NCBI GenBank assembly: GCA_963806535.1
Contig: CAWDYC010000004.1
Location: 64,001 to 128,000 of the forward strand
Source of the DNA: Candidatus Bathyarchaeota archaeon
Lineage (GTDB): Archaea > Thermoproteota > Bathyarchaeia > Bathyarchaeales > Bathycorpusculaceae
DNA: 64,000 nucleotides
Direction of reading: 5' to 3'
The notes under the pieces were generated by a model. The model made no database searches. It worked only from the letters and a program-made list of their open reading frames with translations, and was not told the origin of the DNA. Of this stretch, positions 53,364-63,494 are shown piece after piece; the stretch's first letter is position 1; every line of letters starts with the position of its first letter. Position numbers and translations under genes: made by a program.

Positions 53364-54169
53364 CTATTGAGTTGTTTCTGTTTCATTATGTGAGATTTTC
53401 ACATCGGGATGGTGGTATCGGCTTTTGTTTACAGTAATTCTTCCAGCTTGTATCGATTCTTTTGGACACCACTGAAGTCATGCGAAGCACAAAGTACAGT
53501 TGCCCCCCAAAATGGTTTACCCTCTTTAAGTGTGATGTTATTCATTGGGCATATTTGCACGCAGGTTCCGCATTGGTTGCAGTTGCTATCTGATGCAAAA
53601 GCGAAGGATTTCCATCCGCGGAGTACAACTTCTTTTGCTAAGCCTAATAGTTTTGGCGTAGCCCTGATAAACAAACCATTTAGGATTAAATGGGTTAAAA
53701 CGTTGCTTGTTTCGATTTTGCCTTCTTTTCGAGCACTCACATAGTTATTTATTTTTTTAAGTTTAGCGTTCCATTTTTCGTGCATTTCTTTTTGTCTTTT
53801 TGCAGTTATTTTTTCGGTTATTATTCCGTTGTTAGGCATTGACACTATAAATGCTCCAGAAAGCTTGCCGCCGCAGGATTGAAATGTTTTTTCAAGGCTT
53901 TCATAGGCATAAACCCATAAGTGGCAACGACAAACACATATTTTGAGTCAAGTTTAGATAATTTTTTCACAAACGACTGAATTATCGGGGGTGCCTTAAA
54001 GTCGTAAATGGAAAAAACTACGCCAATTACTTGAGCGTCTGTTTCAATAATGTCTTTCTTACAGGGGCACTATTGCTATCAGTTTTCCGCAAAGTTTTTC
54101 GGAAAGGTCTCTTGCAACAACCAAAGAATTTCCCGTTCCGGAGAAATAGTAAATCTCAGTTCTTATCAT
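53364..54169 (-). pseudogene. EFR1-family flavodoxin-fold/ferredoxin protein, disrupted
   Basis: IYYFSGTGNS, MPNN, CNQCGTCVQICP, CTLCFA*LQWCP, RYHHP; three frameshifts plus in-frame TGA. Confidence 0.8.
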
Positions 54170-54316
54170 ATTGGTATGATATGTCCTTTTGAGATATGTG
54201 GGTTGTTATACGGATAAGAAAAAAACCCACGTGAGATTTTAACGGAAGAATTCAACAATTCTTTGATAGAATTATAATACCGATTGACGTTCATGTAGAC
54301 AAGTGGATGATTAAAC

Positions 54317-54490
54317 ATGACTAAAAAAGAATCTTGCGTTAATACCAGTTATACTGACGGCTTTAAGATTACGGTAAAGCCTAATGGAACTTTCATTGGG
54401 GTTAAAGGGAAAAATAAGCTAGAGGCTGAATCGGCAGAAGAACTGTACGAATTGATAAAAAACTTTAACAAAGAAAAAAAGAAAAATTAA
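54317..54490 (+). CDS. 57-aa hypothetical protein
   Basis: Hand translation MTKKESCVNTSYTDGFKITVKPNGTFIGVKG...; GGATGA RBS-like site. Confidence 0.5.
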   Translation: MTKKESCVNTSYTDGFKITVKPNGTFIGVKGKNKLEAESAEELYELIKNFNKEKKKN

Positions 54491-54574
54491 CAAAGGATAT
54501 AACAGGATAATGTAATTTTATAAAACCTTTTAAAGGATAGCCACCAACTTTGAATGTACAGGCTTCTGGTAAAG

Positions 54575-55039
54575 ATGAAGAAAACGTTGATAGCCTATTC
54601 TAGTAAAAGTGGGGCAACTGAACAAGTAGCTAAACTTATTGAAGAGGTTTTGAAAGAAAAGCCTGGACTGGATGTTGAGCTTGTAAATTTAAGGAAAGAC
54701 TCACCAAATATTGCTCAATACGAAAATTTCATAGTTGGGGCAGGTGTACGTGCAGGCAAAGTCTACAGTGAAGCTTTAGACTTTCTAAATCAAAACTTCA
54801 GTAACAAAAAAGTTGCGTTTTTTGTATGTTGCGGCGGAGCTGGCGATCCCAAGAAATACGATGAATCATGCGCCAATTATATAACAAATGTGTTGGCAAG
54901 GTATTCCAACTTGAAACCAATTGCGACAGAAGCGTTTGGTGGACGAATGAAAATGCTTGGAAAAACACTTTTCGATAACGTTGACCCTGCTAAAGTTCGT
55001 GCTTGGGCAGAAAATCTTGCAAGCAAACTCGCGGAATAA
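54575..55039 (+). CDS. Flavodoxin-domain protein (HemG-like fold)
   Basis: IAYSSKSGAT, KVAFF, FGGR. Confidence 0.85.
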   Translation: MKKTLIAYSSKSGATEQVAKLIEEVLKEKPGLDVELVNLRKDSPNIAQYENFIVGAGVRAGKVYSEALDFLNQNFSNKKVAFFVCCGGAGDPKKYDESCANYITNVLARYSNLKPIATEAFGGRMKMLGKTLFDNVDPAKVRAWAENLASKLAE

Positions 55040-55183
55040 ATTATTGAAATTCCAGCCCGATAAATACTCAGTTTGACCTTCAAACGAGCGAAGAATACTA
55101 GCGTCAAGGTTCTTTTAACACACATACAAATGTTTTTCTTTCGTGCAAAAGATTATTAACGAATCCTGACTTGCACACCAATT

Positions 55184-55300
55184 ATGTCCTATTCCTTCAA
55201 ATGTCCAAATTGCAACGAAAGGTTTGCCGACCCTAAACAACTCCAAGAGCACAGCGTGAAAGTTCACAAAGGGCAAACATCGAAAAGAATAGCTTTCTAA
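55184..55300 (+). CDS. 38-aa stand-alone C2H2 zinc-finger protein
   Basis: FKCPNCNERFADPKQLQEHSVKVH fits F-x-C-x2-C-x3-F-x5-L-x2-H-x4-H. Confidence 0.8.
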   Translation: MSYSFKCPNCNERFADPKQLQEHSVKVHKGQTSKRIAF

Positions 55301-55774
55301 ATTTTTGTATTTGTACTATCGAGAATTATCAGTCCCATTCAAAGTTAATGTTCACTATAGATTCTGTGATAACTATAATCTATTTGGAAATAATACATAA
55401 GGAAAGTCCAGCAATATTTTTTCGGTGATCGAACTGAAAAGAGAGAAAAAAGCTAAAGAAGAAGAAAAGAATCAAAGTGAAAAACCGTTTTTTTTTAAGC
55501 GAATTTAATTTTTTGGAACATAAAGAGGGGAGAAGATGAGCAACAAAATAAAGGCAAAGAATGGGAATTCGGAATTGTCTTACTGGATGTTAGCCATCGA
55601 TTTTGACCCAGCCAAATACAGATGCTCAAAAAAAACACGCCAATTTGCTTGCCGACATCCTTTCATTGTAAGTCTGAGCTAATTTGGCATTATTTCCACT
55701 GAATATAAGGTAAATTGCTTTTTAATCAGTTAGCGCTAGTTGCAAAGGGCATTTTTATAGTAAATATTTAGTCT

Positions 55775-55978
55775 ATGGAGCCATATGAAGACGAGAAGTA
55801 CGTATTTCGAGTTAACAAGACTTTTATTATAAACAAGCAACTAACATTCCAAGAAAAAGAGTGGATGTTAGAGGTTGAAAACTTACCAAACAAGCATAAA
55901 TACGAATATCCCGTTTTCGAAGCCTTCTCCTTTCTCCTCGAATACGGAGTAGCTGTTTGGAAAGCCAACAAACAATGA
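55775..55978 (+). CDS. Hypothetical protein
   Basis: ORF with TTTTATA box about 25 nt upstream. Confidence 0.5.
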   Translation: MEPYEDEKYVFRVNKTFIINKQLTFQEKEWMLEVENLPNKHKYEYPVFEAFSFLLEYGVAVWKANKQ

Positions 55979-56255
55979 AAACAGCCGCTCACCCAAAAAC
56001 CTTAGCTATGTGCAATTGATAGTGTATTAAGCCTTAAGTATGCCTATATAGAATATGCTGGGTATCCCTAAGAACAACAGTGCCTTTTTAGAAGTCCTAA
56101 AAAGATGGAGAGACCTTAAATGTGCAATTTAATCGTTCAACTTCAAAATAATAGTCAAACAACAGCCGTTAAAGACAAAATGTCTAAACATAATTATGTA
56201 AAAACAATAGAGTCATGTTCGCTGTTTCCTGCAACCTTATTAGAGGTCTTTTGGT

Positions 56256-56375
56256 TTGTATAAAACGATAGTTTTAGATTGCCAAAATACGGCTGTTGTT
56301 ATTTCTTGTGATGATTGCTTTGCCTATAAGAACTGCAAAATGTCGAAGAAGAAAGAAAAGGAACTCAAACGATAG
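56256..56375 (+). CDS. 39-aa Cys-rich basic microprotein
   Basis: (M)YKTIVLDCQNTAVVISCDDCFAYKNCKMSKKKEKELKR, GAGGT RBS, TTG start. Confidence 0.5.
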   Translation: MYKTIVLDCQNTAVVISCDDCFAYKNCKMSKKKEKELKR

Positions 56376-56574
56376 TCCCTTTGGAGAAATTTTTGTGTCA
56401 CTAGCGGAAAGAGCAAAAACTCTCGCAAAAGCTAGTTCATTTCTCTACGATTGGCATTTCGGTGTTTGATTTTACATTATGTAACAAATAATAAATCAAA
56501 TAAGCTTTGTATGATTTGTTAATGAAAGATTTTCATCTCGTTTCTATATTAAAGCTAAGTAGAAGAGTGTTTTT

Positions 56575-56837
56575 TTGGATATAACAGGAGACTTTTTGTT
56601 TGCCCAGAATGTGGTAAACAGAATTTGTCGATTCATCGAAAAACATACGAGCAAATAATAATGGTTTTTTGTAGTAGTTGCAACTTTAACTCACCATTTG
56701 AACCCTCAATCGAAGCACATTTTGACAAAAACAAATCTTTGGCGGAGTTCACTGCAAACCATAGAATGGTTCACGGGCGTCCAAATAAGAACCTGCAAAA
56801 AACGGTTCACTATAGGTTGGAAGAAGTAAACCTTTAG
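56575..56837 (+). CDS. Elf1-like zinc-ribbon protein, paralog 1 (start uncertain)
   Basis: FVCPECGKQNLSIHRKTYEQIIMVFCSSC. Confidence 0.65.
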
Positions 56838-56941
56838 TTAAGCTGATTTTCTTATCAATTGACGTAAAATTTAAACTCTGTAATAATGCTATTAGCAAAT
56901 CCGGTTCTCAACTAAAATCAATAAACTCTATAGAGTATACG

Positions 56942-57409
56942 TTGGCAAGCAATATTAAGCCAATTACCACTTTTGAATTCTTCCAAGTGTCAATAATGTC
57001 TGTTTACAAGTTGAAAGTCTTTGAACCCTTTGGCAAAAACGATTATTCGAGAAAATATCGTTTTGCAGTAATTGATCCAAACAACTTCAAAGGCTACCCA
57101 GCGAATTTTGTGTGTGTTTTGCCGAGAAGAATTTTCGAGTCTGGAAAGCCAGTTAGTGCCTTTGGAAGAATGTTTGGCGATAAGAGTTCAGAGTTTGCCA
57201 CTGAATTATTAAAGGAAGCAATCATCCAAGAGAAAGACGAACAAGTAAGAACAGAACTAGGAAAAAGACTCAAGCTTCTTGAATCACAGAGACCTAAATT
57301 GATATGCAGTTACTGCAACCAAGAATTTGAAGAGTACAGCAAGATAAAGTACAGAAACAAATTATGCAAAAGTTGTCTAGAATTAAGAATGCGTCAAAAA
57401 CGAAACTAG
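56942..57409 (+). CDS. Hypothetical protein with C-terminal zinc finger
   Basis: CSYC...CKSC. Confidence 0.7.
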   Translation: MASNIKPITTFEFFQVSIMSVYKLKVFEPFGKNDYSRKYRFAVIDPNNFKGYPANFVCVLPRRIFESGKPVSAFGRMFGDKSSEFATELLKEAIIQEKDEQVRTELGKRLKLLESQRPKLICSYCNQEFEEYSKIKYRNKLCKSCLELRMRQKRN

Positions 57410-57543
57410 ATTTTTAAACCAGCACAGCGACTTCTCTCGTTTTCAAAAGCCTAGAATTGCAGCAATAAATTATAAATCGAATATGTATTATTCGAGTTAT
57501 CCTAGAAAAGCTTTAATTGCAATTCTGTTAAATTGGCAAGCAG

Positions 57544-57765
57544 TTGAGTGGTGTGCTTACCGGCAAACTCTATATTTGTCCGCAGTGCGGAAAAGAAAAT
57601 TTATCGATTCATAGGAAAACGTATGAGAAAATAATTATTGTTTTCTGTAATAATTGTCATCTTAATTCTTCGTTTGAACCCTCGAAAGACGCTTATAATG
57701 ACGTAAAGAAATGTTTGGATGAATTTACTGTAAATTATAAAACGGTTCAGACCTACACACACTGA
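57544..57765 (+). CDS. Elf1-like zinc-ribbon protein, paralog 2
   Basis: YICPQCGKENLSIHRKTYEKIIIVFCNNC. Confidence 0.7.
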   Translation: MSGVLTGKLYICPQCGKENLSIHRKTYEKIIIVFCNNCHLNSSFEPSKDAYNDVKKCLDEFTVNYKTVQTYTH

Positions 57766-58211
57766 CATCCTATCCAACGATAAATACTAAGATGGCAATC
57801 CATTGCAATTACAAGAATTGGAAATCGCTCTTGAAAACATCAAGCAGCGTTCCTTGACTTGAAGGGTTTATCGTACATCTTTTCAATAGGAATGTGTCTT
57901 AGCTTCCTGTTTCCATCCGCGGTTACCCATAAGAATGTACATCCACTGAGGTGTCCCACGTTTAGACATTAGGACTACTGCTTCTTCGAGTATAACTTCT
58001 CCTTTCGTCAAAGATTCGGCTGCGAGTTCTAAAGATCTCTTCTGATTACGAACCATGCCTCCGAGTTCGGCGATAGGTTGACCTGATATCATTCCGCCTC
58101 CACCATCGCGAGCCCACCTGACATGTGAAACCCACTTGTTTGGCAAAGCTACGGCAAATAACTTAACTGATTCAAAAATTTAGTGTCGATTTAACTTCTT
58201 TTAATAAGACT

Positions 58212-58659
58212 TTAGCTTGAGGTGGCAGTTCGGGCTTGTTTCTTCGGCTTATAAGTCAAGAACAAGGACCCAATAGAAATTAATGCTATCCCGAAAAACG
58301 CTACACTCTCTTTCGGTAAAATTCCATAGCTCAAGTCCGACAGTGAAAAATACCATTGCAATTCCCATAACAACCATTATCGTGTTACTCATGGCAGCTG
58401 TTGAATACAAAGCAAATTCCTTCTTGCCTGTATCAGTAACAAGAAAATGACCCTGTTTTTCCTCAATCATACCTGCATTCATTAAGTAATTCCAGTCGTA
58501 ATGAAAATGACCATCAGACTTGTAGCCCAATGCAGAACTTATGCTTGATTTTACGCCTGGTTCAGCTTTAATTTTACTGTTTGGGGCAGAATAAATGAAG
58601 TAAAGCAGTTTAGTTCTTGGTGACTGAATATCCGCGCTTATTCCCCGTGATTTTGTCAT
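58212..58659 (-). CDS. Winged-helix protein with two C-terminal TM helices (frameshift near 58327)
   Basis: LMNAGMIEEKQGHFLVTDTGK wing motif followed by hydrophobic helices. Confidence 0.7.
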
Positions 58660-58767
58660 CGTATCAACTCCCTTTTACAAAATAACAAATGGTAGCGAGT
58701 GCTCTGCAGCTTAGGTCTGTTTGCATAATTTCACCAATAATTGTTTGTTTGCTTATGAATCTATGTC

Positions 58768-58828
58768 TTAGAGTTGCTACTCTAAATGTTAGAGCTGTTT
58801 TAGAGTTGTTATTCTAAATGTTAGGGCT
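58768..58828. promoter_or_regulatory. Two tandem 29-bp operator-like repeats, each with inverted repeat TTAGAG-N6-(C/T)TCTAA
   Basis: TTAGAGTTGCTACTCTAAATGTTAGAGCT 58768-58796 and TTAGAGTTGTTATTCTAAATGTTAGGGCT 58800-58828. Confidence 0.75.
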
Positions 58829-58876
58829 ATATCCGTTCACGCACTTAGTATGTTTCAAAAAAATGGAGGCAAAAAA

Positions 58877-59484
58877 ATGAATGTAAATTTACAATACAGC
58901 AAGACTCTGGCTGGCGAAGGCGCAATACTTCTTTTACTAAGCCTTGTTCCTTACGCTGGCTGGATATTAGGCATAATCGGTGTAATCCTGTTACTCAGGG
59001 CTATGAAAGAACTCTCAAACTACTATCAAGATGAAGAAATCTACAAAAACTCACTCACAGGAGTGAAATTCTACATAGTAGCTTTGGTAGCGGCTGGAGT
59101 TGCCATTGCATCATTAGTAGTTGGTGTTTGGATCCGCAACAGGTTTTACATTTACAACAGGACTTTGTACCCACAATAGGCTTTGGAGTTGGCTTAATAG
59201 CTTTCTTCGCAGGGCTTATCGTTGCTTTCGTATTCTACATACTTGCAGCATCGCACTTAAGAAGAACCTTCAATACACTTGCACAGAAATCAGGTGAAGC
59301 ATCGTTTACAACTGCTGGCAATTTGCTCTGGTGGGGATCCATACTGTCAATCGTTCTTGTCGGCTTTGTACTGATATTAATCGCTTGGATATTTGCTACA
59401 ATAGGATTCTTCACAATGAAAACTCCACAACAGCAATCATACAATCCACAACAATATGCCCACTCCCCCTTCTTCACAACCTGA
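58877..59484 (+). CDS. DUF996 family membrane protein (frameshift near 59127)
   Basis: KTLAGEGAIL, LSNYYQDEEIY, F.TAG.L...G.IL, IAWI...IGFF. Confidence 0.85.
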
Positions 59485-59566
59485 GCAAGGAAACATGACC
59501 GCAGAGTAAAGGAATAAGCAACAATAATAATGCACAATTGGAAACGCTAGGAAGGAGAGGAATTTA

Positions 59567-60136
59567 ATGACTGAGGAAATTGGAATTGAAAAAGGTTCTG
59601 ATTGGAGAAAATTCTTAAGAAAACACTGGAAAATATTTGCCGTGTTTGTAGTAGCAGTTATTTTGGCGTTCGTAGGTGCAGTCTATGTCTTTCTCTGGTT
59701 CACAGGAAACGCACAATCAACAGGTCTAGTACCATCAACTTTAGGTCTATGGACAATGAGCCATTTAGTGTCGTTTATTCTGCATGCGATTTTCTGGGAG
59801 CTTCTCTTCATAGGCATTCCAGCAATTATCGCAGCTGTAGTAGGTTGGCAATGGTGGAAAAGACTGCCCGCTGAAGAAAAGCAAGAATATCATCTCTTTG
59901 GCAAAGGCTCACGGTCAAACAGAGCAGGAGGAGCAATCTCGCCATTACTTTTCATCGCATTCGCAATCAAAGTCTATATCGACGGAAACTGGAATACTGC
60001 CATTTCAAGCTTTACACTAGACTATGTCGTAGGTTCCATGTTTACAATACTGCTTTGGATAGTTGCCATCGCCGCAATTCCTGCAACAATAGGGCTCATC
60101 TGGTGGATACGCCACGAGATGAACAAAAAACCCTAA
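59567..60136 (+). CDS. Hypothetical 4-TM membrane protein
   Basis: Trp-rich hydrophobic helices; GAGG RBS. Confidence 0.75.
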   Translation: MTEEIGIEKGSDWRKFLRKHWKIFAVFVVAVILAFVGAVYVFLWFTGNAQSTGLVPSTLGLWTMSHLVSFILHAIFWELLFIGIPAIIAAVVGWQWWKRLPAEEKQEYHLFGKGSRSNRAGGAISPLLFIAFAIKVYIDGNWNTAISSFTLDYVVGSMFTILLWIVAIAAIPATIGLIWWIRHEMNKKP

Positions 60137-60282
60137 CCTTTTTTTGATTTAGTGTGGGTTATGAAATTGCTATTAGGAAAACCCACGTTGTTAGCAAAAA
60201 AGCTATTGATCTTTTTGTTATTGTTCAATGCCAGTCACAAACCTTGAAATAATCTGAATAGCAAGAGCAGAACGGATGTTTT

Positions 60283-61333
60283 ATGAAAGCTTTTGTCATG
60301 AAGGAAATAGATAATGTTGCATTTATGGAAAAGCCCATTCCTGAAGCCGGACCATATGATGCTATTGTAAAGACAAACGTTGCCTTGGTTTGTACTTCTG
60401 ACTCACATACAGTGCATGGGGCTATTGGTCAACGTAAGAACTTGACCCTTGGACATGAAGCCACGGGCACAGTGTACAAGGTGGGAAGCCATGTGAAACT
60501 CTTCAAGCCTGGTGACAGAGTCTCTGTTGGCGCCATAACGCCTGATTGGGGCGATATCGCTTCTCAAGCCGGCTATCCATCTCAATCTGGTCAACCTCTC
60601 GGAGGTTGGAAATTTTCCAACAGTAAAGACGGAGTATTTGCAGAATATTTTCACGTCAATGAGGCAGACGCTAACATGGCTAAAATTCCTGATAATGTCC
60701 CTGACAATGCTGCCGTTTATGTTTCAGACATGATGTCAACAGGTTTTGCTGGAGCCGAAGCCGCTGACATACCAATAGGTGGAACCGCTGTGGTGTTTGC
60801 TCTGGGACCTGTAGGTCTCATGGCGGTTGCTGGAGCCAAATTCAGGGGAGCAGGAATGATAATAGGGGTAGATTCAATAACTAAGAGACAAGACCTTAGC
60901 AAGTTTTACGGTGCAGATTTGATTGTTGATCCCACAAAGGAAGACACAGTATCTAGAATAATGGACCAAACAGCTGGGCTAGGAGTAGACAGCTCGATTG
61001 AAGCGCTTGGTGCAGACAATCACATTTGAAAACGCAATAAAGGTCACAAAAGCAGGCGGAACAATATCAAACGTAGGCTACCACGGTATCGGCGAATGTG
61101 TTTGTATTCCTAGAATAGACTGGGGTGTAGGGATGGCTCAAAAAACAATAAAGACTTCATTATGCCCGGGAGGACGCTTGAGACTGCAAAGACTACTGCT
61201 TCTGTTACGGAATGGAAAAATTGATCCGACACTTATGACTACTCATACATTCAAGTACGACCAAGCAGATAAAGCGTTTGAAATAATGGATAAGAAACTC
61301 GACGGTGTCATAAAACCACTAATCAAGTTTTAA
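60283..61333 (+). CDS. adh: Zn-dependent NAD(P) secondary alcohol dehydrogenase (frameshift near 61020)
   Basis: CTSDSH, LGHEA, GWKFSN.KDG, DMMSTGF, CPGGRLR, IKPLI. Confidence 0.9.
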
Positions 61334-61394
61334 CACATATTTAGCAACTAAAAATCTGGCGCTGGAAAATTTTAAGAATATTAAGGGCATTTCG

Positions 61395-61585
61395 AAAGAC
61401 CACAGAAATGGGGTCTGCCGCCTCCACGGAAAAGAGGGATTCGCGGGTTACAAACCGGTGACATAACACGCTTGAAAGGAGAACGGTTCTAGCGTGGTTT
61501 GTTATCCGTTGTTGTGGAGGCGGCTTTTTGGCACGGCTGTTTCGATTCTGGCACTCTTCGGCTCTTATTTTCACCTTCGCTTGCT
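61395..61585 (-). ncRNA. Structured non-coding RNA candidate
   Basis: Perfect 11-bp stem GCCGCCTCCAC 61417-61427 / GTGGAGGCGGC 61514-61524 enclosing a second stem; minus-strand BRE/TATA GAAAACGTTTATAG at 61610-61623. Confidence 0.5.
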
Positions 61586-61605
61586 ACTATTGATGATAGT
61601 AGCTA
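61581..61605. promoter_or_regulatory. Palindromic operator 1, TTGCTACTA-N7-TAGTAGCTA
   Basis: Direct reading; second copy at 61721. Confidence 0.75.
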
Positions 61606-61720
61606 ACCTCTATAAACGTTTTCCCAATTAACACCCATTTCATTCCCGATTCAGAGAGGTGGAATTGTTGCATTGTTTCGAGGGTCCCGTGCTGGTGGCA
61701 GGATTTGTTTAGCTTACTAA

Positions 61721-61745
61721 TTGCTACTACCTTAAATAGTAGCAA
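61721..61745. promoter_or_regulatory. Palindromic operator 2, TTGCTACTA-N7-TAGTAGCAA, overlapping a TATA-like CTTAAATA
   Basis: Perfect 9-bp arms, 30 nt upstream of the wHTH gene. Confidence 0.8.
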
Positions 61746-61775
61746 TGACAATACTTACAGCTACGGGTAACCTCA

Positions 61776-62090
61776 ATGATAAACCAGCAACCACTCCCCC
61801 AAGTGCTAAAATGGCTGCTAATAACAACAAAAGGCGGCAAGACTCGAACCCAAATAATCAAAACTTTAAAACAAACTCCGCAAAACACAAACCAACTAGC
61901 CACAACACTCAAAAAAAGCTACAAAACATTGAGCTATCAACTTAGTGTCCTGAAAAAATATAACATGGTAATATCGGTTGGTGACAAATACGCTTCAACC
62001 TACTTCCTATCAAATTCAATGGAAGAAAACTACAGAGTGTTTCAAGAAATAATAAATGAAAAAAAAGCAATAGAAATAGTTCAAAAATAA
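61776..62090 (+). CDS. ArsR-like winged-helix transcriptional regulator
   Basis: WLLITTKGGKTR..II..L, NTNQLA..L...YKT, GDKYASTYFLS. Confidence 0.85.
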   Translation: MINQQPLPQVLKWLLITTKGGKTRTQIIKTLKQTPQNTNQLATTLKKSYKTLSYQLSVLKKYNMVISVGDKYASTYFLSNSMEENYRVFQEIINEKKAIEIVQK

Positions 62091-62447
62091 TATTTTTGAT
62101 TTGTAGAGCTTCAATCATTTTAACATTTGAGTGCAGGAGTAGATTTGTCATTCATCCTCAATTGGAACATGTCTGACTTGATCATTATTTTGGGAACATT
62201 TTTCTTCTTTTTCTTTTCTCTTGAAGTTGAGGAAATTTTTGTTATTGATATTTCATCGGTTATTCATTTTTGAGCAAATAATTTCGTGTGACTGTTAGCA
62301 TCCAAAAATGAACCAACTGGCAATAATGCGCCTAAAAATGATCACAATTATTAAAGAACTAATGATAACCACGTTTATATCCGCTAAAGTTGATATCAAA
62401 AGCAAATATAACACTGATTAACAACACAACATTGGAGAATGATTAAT

Positions 62448-63494
62448 TTGGATGCGCCAGAAAAGAAAGCGTTCGCTAAAGAATTCTACAGTCGCCAAAT
62501 CACAATGAAAGAACTTAGGCGAAAAAGGGCAAGCGCGTTTGGCTAAGTCCAAAGTGGCAGTTGTCGGCGCAGGTGGTTTGGGCACGGTTTCTTCGCTTTA
62601 TCTTGCTTTAGCAGGTGTTGGCTATATTCGCTTAATTGACCAGGACACGGTTGAGCTGCAGAATCTTCACCGCCAAATCCTCTACACCAACGCTGATTTG
62701 CATTATCCCAAAGCTGAAATCGCCGCAAAACGATTGCAAGAACTAAATCCGCTGATTCAGACTGAAGCATTCACCGAAAACGTAAACGCCAGCAACGTCG
62801 AACGGCTTTTGAAGCGGCGTGGACTGTGTTGTTGATGGTTTAGATAATATGGTGACTCGTTACCTTGTTAACCGTGCCTGCGTAAAACTAAAAATTCCCT
62901 ATGTTTTCGGCGCAGCCATCGGCATAGAAGGCAACCTGTCGGTTTTTGCTCCGCCTGAAACGGGTTGTTTGGAATGTTTGATGCCTAACCTCTCTGACAA
63001 CGACTTGCTGACATGCAGCACCCGCGGTGTGATTGGAGCGACGCCTGGAGTGATTGGCGCCTTGCAAGCTATGGAAACCATAAAACTGTTGGCTGGAGTG
63101 GGGCAGACTTTGAAGGGCAAACTGTTGGTCTGCGACTTCAGCGACATGGACTTCACCACCATTGACATATCTAAGAGCACTCGCTGTCCTGTTTGCCACG
63201 GCGACTTATCTGAGGGTTGCTGGCGGCGAACGGCTGGTTTGGCTTTGCGGAAGAGACACAGCCAACATTAACCCTGAAAAACCAATGCGACTAAACCTTG
63301 AAGAAGTTTATCCAGTCGTCAACAAGCACTTTAACGTCCGTTTGAAATCGCGTTTAGCGCTCATGTTCAACTATAAAGAATACGAAGTTAGCCTCTTCAA
63401 CGGAGGACGCATGCTAATAAAAGGCGTAACAGATGAAAAAAAGGCGTTGTCAGTTTATCGAGAGATACTAAAAAAGCTTGAATCCTGCACTTAA
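62448..63494 (+). CDS. HesA/MoeB/ThiF-family adenylyltransferase with C-terminal extension (frameshifts)
   Basis: YSRQ, VVGAGGLG, NLHRQILY, CLEC, CPVC. Confidence 0.9.

Noticed and set aside
5523-63199. Many antisense or alternate-frame ORFs in the track (e.g. 5523-5870, 28535-28801, 46534-47052, 57883-58146)
   Set aside because: Shadows of well-supported genes or lacking motifs and expression signals.
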